This document shows, piece after piece, positions 11,080 through 23,598 of a DNA stretch of 64,000 nucleotides. Under the pieces are notes generated by a model that searched no databases, was not told where the DNA came from, and worked only from the letters and a program-made list of their open reading frames with translations. The stretch lies in assembly GCF_006345805.1 (NCBI RefSeq), contig NC_042998.1, positions 192,820,001 through 192,884,000 of the forward strand, read 5' to 3'. How positions within the stretch are numbered: the first letter of the stretch is position 1; every line of letters starts with the position of its first letter. The DNA comes from Octopus sinensis (Eukaryota). Both the position numbers and the translations under genes were made by a program.

Positions 11080-11781
11080 TTATGGAAATAGTAAATATGA
11101 TTTAAACAAATATTTTTGCTCGTAGTCGTCTAAATACTTCTCCTACTATAGGTGTGCCTTGTATAATTAAATTTGATCACAGCCTGTCATTGCTTTCACC
11201 TCTGGTTATGAAGAACCGAAAGTAATGTTTTTATCCCGATTTTACTTTTGCCAAAAACCTGTCTCTCTGATGTCTTCCAGAGATCAATATTCTGCTTCCT
11301 CACTAGAATATACTGGATCGTGAGATGATCACTTTTCACGCTCACACACACACACATACACACACTCTAACATATCCTGCCTAGATCCTACATTTACTGG
11401 AATTTTTAGGTAATCTCTCTTCAAGGCTGTACTACCATTAAGAGGCGTCCAACCGCATTTGGATGTGAACATAAAATCCAACAAAACCCAAGTTACAGCG
11501 CTGAACTTTACTGCTTCGCTCATTGTGATGGATAACATGCTTTAGAAGTTCCCTAAGCTAAGCTAGCGGAGCTCACAAAGGCATCAAAGGTAGGCTGAGT
11601 TAATTAACAGGTGCTCTCTCTCAAAACTTTCCATCCAGCCGCAAATCAAATGAATGCCGGTTAACAAATCAAATTACATGCACTTTAACAACATCAATTT
11701 GATCTTCCAATATGGCTCCAATTGTTGGCTCTAGTTAAAAAGCAGCATGGAAAGACTCAGGATAGTTTGCATGCAATATTA

Positions 11782-12233
11782 TTAGAGATAGCAGTCCCCA
11801 TGCAAAATATACATCACACCATATAAAAGAATTTTATTTTCATACTTACTAATCATTTCTAAATTTCTCTGCTACACGTGTTTCTTGAGGTTCTTTTACC
11901 GTTCATTAAACACGCAGTCTTTTACAGGAACATTTCTGAAACTCAACCCCAATCGTCAGGCTTCTAAGTATATTTGTCTGTTAATTACATTCGTAACTGT
12001 TAAAATATTAAAATATAGAAATTGCTATTGAATTATAATAAAGTTATTTAGAAACCTGACGATTGGGGTTGAGTTTAAGAAATGTTCCTGTAAAACACTG
12101 CGTGTTTAATGAACGGTAAAAGAACCTCAAGAAACACGTGTAGCAGAGAAATTTAGAAATGACTAGTAAGTATTAAAATAAAATTCTTTTATATGGTGTA
12201 ATGTATATTTTGCATGGGGACTGCTGTCTCTAA
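11782..12233. mobile_element. Fold-back element with about 185-bp inverted arms
   Basis: 11782-11967 is the reverse complement of 12048-12233 with few mismatches; about 80-bp spacer; a related fragment lies near 19117-19170. Confidence 0.8.
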
Positions 12234-13723
12234 GTAACATATATTTCCTTATTGAGAGTAATTCATTTTATTTGAGTCCCTGTGATGCCGGAATTTTTAT
12301 TCCCTAATAAATAAAATAAAATAATATATATATATATATATGCGTGTGTTTGTGTGTGTGCTGTACTATATAGTATTATAGACACTACTGAAGATCTACA
12401 TGATTTCCAGTCCATGATATCAAACGAGCAGCCCTATATTAAAGCAGGCTGTAATAGTTTGGTGTTCGAAATTCACTCGCGTATATCTTAGGTCTCCAAA
12501 AGCTGGTTTATATTGTGTATGTCTCAAATAACAATCAAACGTATACGCTCCTCGCCATAGTGCAGAATGAACGGCCCCAGGTAATCTAACTGAAATGGGA
12601 CTGAATTTATTATAGGTTGGAAATGCCACTAAATGCAGAAAAACTATGTTAAATAAAAATGGATTATGCCAGCCTATGCACGTATTTGGATCGGGGTAGT
12701 AATATCCTAGGTCACTTCAATCAATTATATTCTGTTCTTGTATTTTTCTAATACTTAGTATACTTTATTACAATCATAAAGCCGTTATTGTGAAATGTGA
12801 ACTAAGATTGAGCTGGGTTCTTGAAAGTGAATATATGATAATAACCTACGAAGCTGACACGCTGTTTGGCCATTTGTGCCCTTTATTTATTAATTGATTT
12901 ATGAGGGATTATTCATTGATATATGGTTTTGTAAGGCTGCTTTTACAAGATTTGAACTCAAATAATATGGCACCAGTTTCTTTTTCAATTTTAGTTAAAA
13001 GTCAACGCAAGTTTCAGAAGGTTTCACGTTGTATTTAAGAGTTGATATGGACAACATCATGTTCGTTTTTGTATCTTGATGGGATGAGATCCAATGTTAT
13101 TTAACCGTAAATTACTGGTTAGTTTTAGCTGGCTATATCATTCACCGATGCCGTTGATAAAACTAGTTCTTGCTTACTACGAAAATAATAGAAAAAAACC
13201 CCCTGTAAATCAGTGTTTTCCTGGATGCTTGTAAGTAATGAATCTAGTCTTTAGCATTTTGACTTTCCTTACTGTCGGTGGATAAGTATTAAATGGCATT
13301 GATTACAGTTCAGGCCCCTTATGTAATTTATCAATTTGATTTATTAGCTACTTGCTTGGTTAACATTTATTTTCCTCCTCCTTCAGACAGTTTATTTGGA
13401 TTCCTCGACAAATATAGTCATAGGCACAAGAAATGGCTGTGTTGCTAAGGAATTCGCTTCGGAAATACGAGGTTCTTTGTTCGAAGCCATTGCATAGCAC
13501 CTTGTGTGCTTGTGTGTGTGTGTGTGTGTGTGTGAGTGTGTGTGTGTGTGTGTTTTCTACAGCATTGCATTGCCCAATGTACTGTGGATGAAATTTGATT
13601 GGCTTTGTGTTTCTATATCCATTTCAGTGTTACTGTTGTGGCTCGTAACGAAGCGGTTCAACAGAAAGAGACCGATAAAATAAGTATCAAACTGGAATAA
13701 TGCAGTAATCGATATGGCCCTGC

Positions 13724-13952
13724 GGCGATCTGGCAGAAACGTTAGCACATCGGGCGAAATGCGTAGCCGTATTTCGTCTGCCGTTACGTTCTGAGTTCAA
13801 ATTCCGCCGAGGTCGACTTTGCCTTTCATCCTTTCGGGGTCGATTAAATAAGCACCAGTAACGCACTGGGGTCGATATAATCGACTTAATCCATTTGTCT
13901 GTCCTTGTTTGTCCCCTCTGTGTTTAGCCCCTTATGGGTAGTAAAGAAATAG
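13724..13952 (+). mobile_element. Family 3 SINE, monomer
   Basis: Full length; 13-bp TSD GATATGGCCCTGC on both sides. Confidence 0.9.
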
Positions 13953-14426
13953 ATATGGCCCTGCATGGCTACAGTTCAATAACTGAAACTCGTGAAAGAA
14001 TAAATCACCATTGCTTCAAATCCCCAACTCTCTCTCCCTCCTAGTTTACTTAATTATAAAGAAGAAATAAAATTTTGCAGCGAAAATGGGAAAATGTACA
14101 TCCGAGGTTCATTAGACACGCGTATTTACATTGACCTGGAATAAATTAAAAATGTATCGATCTTTTCATTAAATCGTATGTAAATACTTATTCAATTCTC
14201 TGTATTTCTATAATACTTTGCGTTGGAAGTGAGAAAACATTTCCTTAAAAAGATATTTCTTGATTCTTTTACGTTTCATACACATATACGCATTTACGTC
14301 TGTGTATATTTTTATGTTAATTATCAAACGTTTATTCGACTAATTATTTCTATGTAAAATTAGAAAATTAGATATATATATTTACGAAGTCGAGACAGAT
14401 ATCTGCAGCTAGCAGGCTTTTGCTAC

Positions 14427-14630
14427 TCTAGATCGATGATGGGCAAAAACCCTGAAACATGCGTGTCTCTAGATGCAGGCCTAGCTGTTGGGGGTATTTG
14501 TCTCCCCTTCGTAAATATATAAGGACACAGTAAATGTGTCGACGCCGACAGGAAGCGTTCGATGCTTCCTAGGGCTAAACAGCGGTGGTGTAATCCCCTA
14601 CTGTCACGTTAAATTGACAGTATACAACTA
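14427..14630 (+). mobile_element. PLE pseudo-LTR-like repeat with HHR variant
   Basis: UCUAGA UCGAUGA U GGG-CAAAAA-CCC U GAA ACAU-GC-GUGU C|UCUAGA, then TATATAAGG; homologous to 1432-1637. Confidence 0.6.
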
Positions 14631-14944
14631 TTATATTTCTATGTATTTATACGTTTATCGGTTTTGAAAATAATTCACTTTTACAGTTATTTGTAAAAAA
14701 ATGAATGCAGTGTCGTGCATAGTTCGTTCAAACTTTGACTAACTTGCTCTGTAGACTGTCGTCTTTGTTCAAATTCTGTTTCTTCTCCAGTACGGTAATT
14801 TAATCCATCTATTTTGTTAGTTAGAATAACTAAATTTCTGTTAGTTTCTTTCAATTCTTTTAATATGTCCTCGTTGGTAATTTTATCCGATAAGTTTGTA
14901 GTAGGATTTGGTAGCATTTTCCGTTCCACGTGTGGTAAATAGTA

Positions 14945-15510
14945 ATAGTAACACTCGAAACATCAAAATAAATATCCCTTTCAATTTGGCAAAAAGGATT
15001 TGCACAATAGTTTCTGATAGAACAACTCGAGACCTTCGTCTTCAAGACCTCAAAACAACGCTTACTGAAAGACAATACCCACCCTCACTTATAGACGAGG
15101 GAATTAAGCGTACCAAACAATTAGACATAAAAACACTAAGAACAACAAAACATAACACCACACCTCATCTCAAAACTCTATTATTTATATCAACACAGAA
15201 CCCCAGAAACACTGAGGTATTCAACACTATTGTGCAAAATCTTCCTTTACTAACTAGAGATCCAAAAATGAACGATATCCTGAAAACGCACAAACAAATC
15301 AAATGCAAAAAGCAACTCAAATCGCTAAAGAGACTACTAACAAATACGAAGCTTTACAAAACAACCACGAAACCAACGGTTAAAAAATGTGGACACCCGA
15401 ACTGTGGAACCTGCCCCAACCTACTTGAAAGCTCGGATTTCTTTTTCAAACAAGGACAGAGGTTCACAAATAAAACTAGTTTCCCCTGTGCCTCTCAGAA
15501 CCTAATTTAT
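14945..15510 (+). mobile_element. Penelope-like retroelement fragment (RT thumb/linker and start of GIY-YIG endonuclease)
   Basis: ORF 14908-15576: NIPFNLAKRICTIV, L..RQYPPSLIDEGI, zinc-knuckle CGHPNCGTC and FPCASQNLIYV, all typical PLE motifs; truncated at the GIY motif by another element. Confidence 0.88.
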
Positions 15511-15514
15511 GTTA

Positions 15515-15690
15515 GCCACTACACACATTTATGCTCTCTCCTTGTTTTCTGTGTCCCCTTCTGTAGAAGAGCGTAGGCTCGAAACGTAAAAGACTTTTTT
15601 ATATTCCTGAGCGTTATACTAATACATCTGTTTGTTTTGTACACCACCTGTCTTCGTCTTTTGTTGTTGTTTTTCGTAAACTCTCCCTAT
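15515..15690 (+). mobile_element. Short PLE-associated repeat with HHR-like motif at 15553-15594 (copy 2 of 3)
   Basis: GUC-CCC-UU CUGUAGAA GAGC-GUAG-GCUC GAA ACGU A|AA-A-GAC; same family as 1012-1310 and 53381-53582. Confidence 0.7.
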
Positions 15691-15777
15691 ACATACTTAC
15701 ATATATATGTATGTATATATGTATGTATATATGTATGTATATATATATGTATGTATATATGTATGTATATATGTATG

Positions 15778-15860
<83 letters not shown>

Positions 15861-15975
15861 GTATGTATATATGTATGTATATATGTATGCATATATGTAT
15901 ATATGTATGTATATATGTATGTATGTATATATGTATGTATATATGTATGTATATATGTATGTATGTATGTATGTA
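15690..15975. repeat. (TATG/TATA)n microsatellite
   Basis: Direct reading; explains the overlapping Y/I/H/M/C/V ORFs. Confidence 0.97.
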
Positions 15976-16403
15976 TTCGTTTTTCAATATTATTATGTAT
16001 ACGTATAACTCCCTATGGCTTTCTTTCTGCTAGTGAAATTGTTCCGTTGTACTCTCTTAAGCACACGTGGCCTTGTTTACTTTGTATTTCGTCTCGACCT
16101 GTTATTATTTTTTTTAGACATATTCGTTAGATTCTTATGTTATAGTTTTACTACACACATAGACTTGCATACACATTGATATGTCTTTCTTTTTCGTTTT
16201 CTTTTTCGTCGTCTCCCACTGTTTTTTTTTTTTTTTTGTTAGCATTATTTTTCCCTTTCATAATTTTGTTTGCAAATTATCCGATTTTTCCTTATTACCC
16301 CATGTGTATTCTCTTATTATTGTATCTTATTTTATTTTTATTTTTATTTTATTTTATTTTATTTTATTTCTTCTTATTAAACTTTTTTGATGTTCTCCAA
16401 AAG

Positions 16404-16523
16404 ATTCCTCACACTGATGAGAATGACAATGCATAAATCAAATTTTAATTATGATTATAATTACTATGATTAAAATTTTTTTCACACATGCATTGTGTTT
16501 CGAAACCTGCGTATGCATTGAAT
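16404..16523 (+). ncRNA. Type I hammerhead motif with very long helix II
   Basis: CUGAUGA (16414-16420), GAA..ACAAUGCAU...AUGCAUUGU..UUC, GAAA (16502-16505), C-CUGC-GU A|; helix I weak (AUUC..CA / UG..GAAU); AAUAAA downstream. Confidence 0.6.
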
Positions 16524-16689
16524 CCAGTTTTGTAATAAAATTATTTCTGATTCAACATCTTTTCTCTATTTTTTTATACTTGTTTCTGGTATATTCTTAT
16601 ACCCATAACGAAACACCTCAAATATTATTTTCATATTCTTATTACCCGCTTTGGCTGATTTTTATGAATATGATGAATCTTTACTAGAA

Positions 16690-18735
16690 ATCATTTTTTC
16701 TCCCCTTTTGGATCCCTTTTGGGACTTTTCGATCCGTGACGTGACGTCCATTTCGAGGTATGGTATAACTCTCAATTCCCAAGTTTGGCGCCAGCCCCTC
16801 CTGTATCTTCCACACACATATCACGGCATACCTCTCCCGTCTTCGCTCCAGATAGTAGAGTCGTAGTTCTTTCAGTCTCTCCCAGTAGCCCAGCTGTTCC
16901 ATTGATGCAATTTTCGTTGTGTAGTATCGCTGAACCGCCTCGAGTTCTACTATTGATCCTACTCCTACAGTGTAAGGTGGCCACAGTTGAGAGCAGTAGT
17001 CCAGACGGCTGAGGACAAATGTCTTCCATAGGACCAGCATAGTTTCCTGGCCCCTTGTTCTGAAGCTTCTCAGAATCCACCTGGCCATTCACCTGCACAC
17101 TGTGACCATCTTGATAACATGCATGTGAAACTAGGCATCGTTGCGCATATCAATCTCAAGATCACGCACCGTATGTGATTCTAGGATTGCCGCTCCTTTT
17201 GGTTCAAAGTATCGTTGTTGTGACTTCAGAGCACTTATTAGCTGGTAGCGGAGGGCTTGGAATTTGCTTGCATCAAATTGCATGTTGTCCTCAGCCCACT
17301 TATATATGGCATCTAGGTCTTTCCGTAGAAGATTGGCATCAGAAGGTTCCTTGACTGCTGGTACTAGTTTTGCGTATTCGGCACAGCTAGTAAGTGTGAC
17401 TATCTGTGTAACTGATGACATGTCTGAAAGAGCCACCATGAACAACAGTTGCCCCAATACAGTTCCCTGAGGCACTCCACTTTCTATCAATGTCTCCGTG
17501 GAGAGGGCTCCATTGGCTGCTACAGCCTGGCTTCTGTCTTTTAAGAAGTCATGCAACCACTCTCCGATATTCCCAGTTATGCCGAGTTTCCGTAGTTTGT
17601 GACATATCATCCCATGATCAACCTCATCTAACACGTTTGCAAAGTCGAGACATATCACGTCTACATTTGGGCGATTCGTTAATTGCTTCAACACCCAGTC
17701 ATAGTGTTGCAAAAGCTGTGTAAAGCAGCTTCTGCTTGAGCGAAAGCCATGCTGAGTATCAGAAAGCAAGTAATTATCTTCAGGGAACGCAATTAGTTTC
17801 TTCCTGACAATGCGCTCAATGACTTTGCTGACATGAGAAGTTAGAGAGACAGGTCTATAATCATTAGCGTCTACTCTGCCATCTCCCTTATGGATAGGGC
17901 ATATAATTCCTTCCTTTAACATTTTGGAAAGTCTCACAGTTGTGAAGAAGCTCTGAAAGAGAATCTGAAGTGGTCTCGTTAGAGCCCCCTTTACATTTCT
18001 TTGGGAGGATTGCTGGAAATCCATCAGGACCTGATGCTGAGTTTGAGCTCATCTCATAAATTCTTGATACCACATCAGTTTCCTCTATGTTGATGCTGTG
18101 AATAATTGCCATTTTGTTGCGTAGATCTGTGGAGCCAAAAAACTCATCAGGCATAGCTACTTGCAAGTGTCCGAGTGAATTTGTGAAAGCACTCTTGTAT
18201 TGCACATTCAGTATTTCACTGATCCTCTGGGAGTCTGCAGTCATCAAGAAGAAGCCCTATTTTGCACCGTACTGAAGCAGATTCTTTTGCATATCTTTAG
18301 AAGGCTTTAGGGTTTGTCTTAATATTTTTGACAGCCCTGGTCTCTTTTCTGCCCTCTCTTTTTCATGGGATCGTTTGAGTTCATTTTCGATTTCGAGGTG
18401 GGATCATTTGTTATCCTTTAGTGGCCCATTTAGACGATTTGAGATTTTTGCCCGTCGTCTCATTAGAATCCTCCTATCCCTGTGTATTATATGTTTCTGT
18501 TGGCTTGGCATTCTCCCTGGAGCAAACTCACTGCAGATGTCATGCATGATTGTCATAAAGTGTTGTAGCTTTATGTCAATGTCTTTTATAGAGAGACTGG
18601 CTGACCAATTATGTTCCATGACCTCTTTCTCGATACCCTTCCAATCAGATTTGTAAAAGTTCAGGCTGAAGAGGATTTGGGTACTTCCAGTAGCCTGCAT
18701 GTCTGTAGTCTTCTGAGGACCCATACATTGTTAGT
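16690..18735 (-). mobile_element. Decayed CR1/Jockey-group LINE ORF2 (linker, RT and C-terminal region)
   Basis: Frameshifted ORFs with LNFYKSDW, SASGPDGFPA, YRPVSLTSHVSKVIERIV, QHGFRSSRSC, GVPQGTVLG and LVLWKTFVLSRLDYCSQLW. Confidence 0.93.
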
Positions 18736-18765
18736 TCTATTAAGTTATGGTCCGAGAAAATCTCT

Positions 18766-18807
<42 letters not shown>

Positions 18808-19062
18808 TCTTATTACTTGTTTCATTTATTTGACTGTGGCTATTCTGTCGCTATCCTTAGGCCAAACAGATCAACCCAGGGATTTTTTCTTCTGAAGCCA
18901 AGTACTTGTTCTATTGGGTTCTTTTGCTGAACTGCTAGGTTACAGGGATGTAAACACACCAACACCAGTTGTCAAGCGTTGATGAGGTGGGGACAAACAG
19001 TCACAGAGGTACAAACATCTCTCTCTCACTCTCTCTCTCTCTCTCTCCCTCTTTCTGTGTGT

Positions 19063-19095
<33 letters not shown>

Positions 19096-19265
19096 TTTAA
19101 TTTAGAGATAGTAAGCCCCTTCATCCCACCATATAAAAGAATTTTAATTTAATTTCATACTTACTACTTATATCTCGGCTATATATATATATAAACAATT
19201 GCAGCGTGGCGTGTACGTGTATTAGACCAGTATGGTTACACCTTTTGGGCTGAAACGATTAAAAG

Positions 19266-19311
<46 letters not shown>

Positions 19312-19318
<7 letters not shown>

Positions 19319-19614
19319 ATCGACCAGACTATCAGATGTTGCTACACGTCTCTGGTCACAATGCGCTTCGCATTGTTTTAGCCTTCAAATGATGCCACCC
19401 CGCTGGCTAAGCGAGCAGGCCAACAGAAGAAAGAGTGAGAGAAAGTTGCGGCGAAAGAGTACAGCAGGGATCGCCACCACACCCTGCTGGAGCCTCGTGG
19501 AGCTTCTTTAGGTGTTTTCGCTCAATAAACACTGACAAAGCCCGGCCTGGGAATCGAAACCGCGATCCTACGTCCGGGAGTCCGCTACCCTAACCACTGG
19601 GCCATTGTGCCTCC

Positions 19615-19615
<1 letters not shown>
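19312..19615 (-). mobile_element. SINE with family 1 head and body but a different 3' tail module
   Basis: Same head and body as family 1 up to CTTTCTTCTGTT, then GGCCTGCTCGCTTAGCC...GGTCACGTGATA; inserted in (TA)n. Confidence 0.85.
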
Positions 19616-19637
<22 letters not shown>

Positions 19638-19646
<9 letters not shown>

Positions 19647-19746
19647 ACCGACCAGACCATCAGGTGTTGTTACACATCGCTGGTCACAATGCGTTCGCAT
19701 TGTTTTAGCCTTCGAATGACACCACCCCGCTGGCTAAGCGAGCAGG

Positions 19747-19747
<1 letters not shown>
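19638..19747 (-). mobile_element. Stand-alone copy of the alternative tail module
   Basis: GCCTGCTCGCTTAGCC...GGTCACGTGAT, flanked by (TA)n. Confidence 0.8.
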
Positions 19748-19812
<65 letters not shown>

Positions 19813-20210
19813 TATCAATTAGATTCCGCTGCAGTGCACCTTATGCAAGTCCCGTTTTTTGTGGCTTTGGGCTGACCCATACTTTATGAGCGGAACAAGC
19901 GAAAAGAAATCTATGGAGAAAGCCCATTAGATGGAGTGTACCTGTGATTTAGAAGTCTTGTCTTGTCACACTGTGTCACGCTGATCTCTGCTTTAAATAT
20001 AGATTAAGGTTGCGCGTGTCTGGAAAATACAGTCACTTCGCTTCCACACCAATTCACTGAGCCTGGTAGTTCAATTAATCGAACAGCTGAACACTCATGA
20101 TCGGAATTCTAACCAATCCATATGTGTGTAGAGAGAGAGAGGAAGAGAGAGAGAGAGGGGAGAGAGAGATTTGTGTGTGAATTTATCTTTTAAAGTTATA
20201 TATATATATA

Positions 20211-20653
20211 GGCGTAGGTGTGGCTATGTGGTAAGTAGCTTGCTTACCAACCACATGGTTCTGGGTTCAGTCCCACTGCGTTGCACCTTGGGCAAGTGTC
20301 TTCTACTATAGCCTCTGGCCGACCAAAGCCTTGTGAGCGGATCTGGTAGACGGAAACTGAAAGAAGCCCGTCGTATATGTATATATATATATATATGTAT
20401 GTGTATGTATGTATATGTGTGTATATGTTTGTGTGTCTGTGTTTGTCCCTCCAACATCGCTTGACAACCGATGCCGGTGTGTTTACGTCCCCGTAACTTA
20501 GCGGTTCGGCAAAAGAAAACCGATAGAATAAGTACTAGGCTTACAAAGAATAAGTCCTGGGGGGGGGGCGATTTGCTCGACTTGAAAGGCGGTGCTCCAG
20601 CATGGCCGCAGTCAAGTGACTGAAACAAGTAAAAAGAATAAAGAATAAAAAGA
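20211..20653 (+). mobile_element. Family 2 CORE-type SINE
   Basis: Full head to tail. Confidence 0.9.
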
Positions 20654-21239
20654 ACATGTATGCATATGTAATGTATGTGTGTGTGTGTGGTGTGTTTTCT
20701 GTACTCATTTACATCCTTTTTCCTGGTCTATAATAATAATAATGTCACGAAAAATCCGATGGTAAAATTAGAAAATATCATATCAATCGAAGAAATGAAA
20801 TGGAGAGAGAGAAAGAGAGAGATTTGATATGGACAATTCCTATCAACATTTGTTTAAGTTGACAAGTTCAAAAACTCCCGAAATATGACGGATTGTGAGT
20901 AAGTAGGTGGGGGTTTGAATTGGTTAAGTTTTGAAAAAAAAAAACTCGTCCAATTGAAAGTGCTCTCGTTTGGCGATTGAGATTGATTGAGTAAGCTTGC
21001 TTAATTAGTTAGAAGTGAGACGTTTCGTTTATTCGGTTGGATATGAATGAATTAATATAGCTAAAAACAATGTTGTTTAGATAACAGATTGAAAGTATAT
21101 AGTGTTATATAGTCTGATGTATATCATTAGAAAATCCCATGACTGCAAGACTGCTAAAACTCCGTGGTTAGCCTCAGAATCACCATGAGAGAGAGAGAGA
21201 GAGAAAGAGACAGAGAGAGAGAAGGAGGAATTGGCTGAC

Positions 21240-21720
21240 TGACTGACTGTGTCTGTGTGTGCGTGCATGCACGTGCGCGTCTGGGCGCGCTTCTCTGAAT
21301 CTGATCGATTTTTTTTTGCTTCCCTCTCTGAATGGAAATCTCGAAGCTTTGCGCGCGCTCGTGTGTGTATGTGTTTATGTTTGAGGGACGGGTTTGTCAG
21401 CAGCCACAGCCATCATCATCAACAGCAGCACGGTACTTTACTTGCAACTAGCGCTGCTGGTGGTGGTAGTCGTGATTGTGTATTGTACATATCTCTCTTC
21501 TCCTCTCTATTGTGTTTGGCCTGGGACTTCATCTCATCTCTTGTTTTCTGCTACTTCAGATGACGACCACCGCTAGCATCTCCTCCATCGCTGCTGCTGC
21601 CGCCTCCACCGCTGCTACTTCTAGCGACAACAGCAAGTCAACGTCGCCTCTTTTATGTATAAGCAATTGGATTACACACACCGCGCTTCTGCGCGCGTGT
21701 GATCTCAGCGGAGAGTTGCC
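21240..21720. promoter_or_regulatory. CpG-rich non-repetitive block, putative promoter/TSS region
   Basis: Dense CG/GCGCGC motifs (e.g. 21261-21290, 21350-21362, 21682-21700) against an AT-rich background; NRF1-like GCGTGCATGCACG; (GA)n upstream; A-rich UTR-like sequence follows, then T-rich intron-like sequence from about 22080. Confidence 0.5.
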
Positions 21721-22561
21721 AAGACTTGTTGTTTCCCGTTGTATAATATTAAAAATGAACTCCACCAGCTGGTGACAAGCAAGCTCGGGTGAAAAAACGG
21801 ACAAACCTTTAGATATACAATATATATATATATATACATATATACATATATATATATATATTGTTAAGTTAACAAGACTGTCGCGGATAAAGAGGGATAG
21901 AGACACAACGAGCGAAAGAGCTAGCGAGCGAGAGAGAGAGAGGAGAATTAAAGAAAAAGTATTATAAAATAACAACAGTGACACAGAATCGAAGGAATTC
22001 ATGTGTTACCAAGCGTAACACTTCATTAATAAACGAGAGAGTGGAAGAAGTATTTATTATTACCAAGCATCAACACACATTTGTTTTCAAGTGTCCTCTG
22101 TTTTTTTCTCTGTAGGAAAAAAACCACTTCCAAAAATTTGCTACTTTTTCAAACCCCCTGTTCCCTTTTATATATTTCACCCCTCTTTTTTTACCTTAAT
22201 TAGTTGAGTTTTCCTTAGAAAGCCCGTCTTCTTCTTTTTTGTTTCTTCCCTTCCTTTCCTTTTTCTTTTTTCTTTCTTTCTTTATTTGTCTTTTTCCAGG
22301 AAGTGAACTTACCATCTCTGTTGTTCGGAGATACTTCGATCCAATCAAATAATTTCAATTCGTTTTCTTTCACCCACTGCCTATATTGCTTATTTATTTA
22401 AACGCTTTCCGTCCTTCGCCTACACTCTGAAAAAAAAAATATATATATATCTCAACAATTATTCGATTATATTTGAGTCTGCATCTTTTACTATAGTTTT
22501 TGTTCCTTTGTTTTGATTTCGATTCCTTTACATTTAGTTGCTTTTATTTACTCTATGATAA

Positions 22562-22573
22562 ATCCCTGTTAAT

Positions 22574-22640
<67 letters not shown>

Positions 22641-22722
22641 CATTATTATTATTATTCAGTAGTTTTATTTTTTTTATAGCGTGCTTTCACTTCACTACCG
22701 AGCGCAGCTCTGTGTCCCTTCG

Positions 22723-22759
<37 letters not shown>

Positions 22760-22760
22760 C
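22562..22760. repeat. (TAT)n/(CAT)n microsatellites
   Basis: Direct reading. Confidence 0.95.
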
Positions 22761-23554
22761 AGTTTCACCAGTTTCGTCTCTACTATAATACTTCTGATGT
22801 TTTTTTTTATGTAGAAATATTTTTTATCACATCATCCATTTCTGGTTGATTCCCTTTCGTTTATTTTTTTTTATAGTGTTTTTTTTTTGTTGTGTCTCCT
22901 CCCCCAATTATCGATCTTCACTTCCTAATTCCCGAAAAGTATCTATTTAACCCAGTTACCTATCTGTTTGCTATTTTTTTTGTTTTGTTTTGCTTTTAAT
23001 TTCCTTTTTTTCATATCTCCAAACTATCCTTTTTTTAGTTGGTGGTTGTCGTTTTTTTTACTTTCTTTCTTCTCCCGGTAAATATTTAAGATTTTCATTG
23101 CTTTCCTTTTTTGTCAGTTTTAGTTTCTCTTTTCATTTCCACCAGTTTTTTTTTATTTTCATTTTTGTTCCCCCCTCCCCCCCACCAACGTTTCCCCCCG
23201 CCTCCGTTTTCGTCTGATTTGTCCCATCACTCCAACGACACAAGCCAGTCCTGGACGGAATTTCCCAATGTTTGTAAGTTCATTGCATACTTAAATACCG
23301 GTACTACACCGACCGAATCGAATCAATCAAAAACGACTTGACTCTACTTTATCTATTTTGATTTCTCCTTCTTCTTCTTCTTCTTCTTCTTCTTCTTCTT
23401 CATTACCTTGTAAAAATTGTTCCAGTTGCTCAGATTACCAGAAGCAACAATCAACAACAAATAAACACACCCGTCAACTACTTTCCAAGCTTTAACACAG
23501 TCAGCAATTTTTTCCAAATATTTCTCTGTGGTACTGAAACTAAACAGCTTCGCT

Positions 23555-23598
23555 ATGGTGGTAGATCTGCACATCTTGGACGTCATACTCATTGCCTG
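23555..23598 (+). CDS. Putative first coding exon MVVDLHILDVILIA(W/C), signal-peptide-like, gene unidentified
   Basis: (CTT)n tract then TTCCAG acceptor at 23425; CA-rich UTR-like stretch; strong Kozak context (gctATGG); hydrophobic N-terminus; TG|GTAGGC donor. No homology recognised. Confidence 0.33.

Noticed and set aside
15614-16130. Long Y/I/H/M/C/V-rich ORFs here and at 25-28 kb, 53-54 kb and 58-62 kb
   Set aside because: Translations of (TA)/(TG)/(TATG) microsatellites, which lack stop codons in some frames.
21476-21775. ORF with MTTTASISSIAAAAAST
   Set aside because: Low-complexity GCT/ACC repeats in a probable promoter or UTR; no domain or splice support.
23353-23595. Minus-strand ORF MSMTSKMCRS...NFYK with a strong AAG|GTAATG donor
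   Set aside because: No recognisable homology, a purine-rich acceptor context, and strand composition that favours a + strand gene. Kept only as an alternative to test with RNA-seq.
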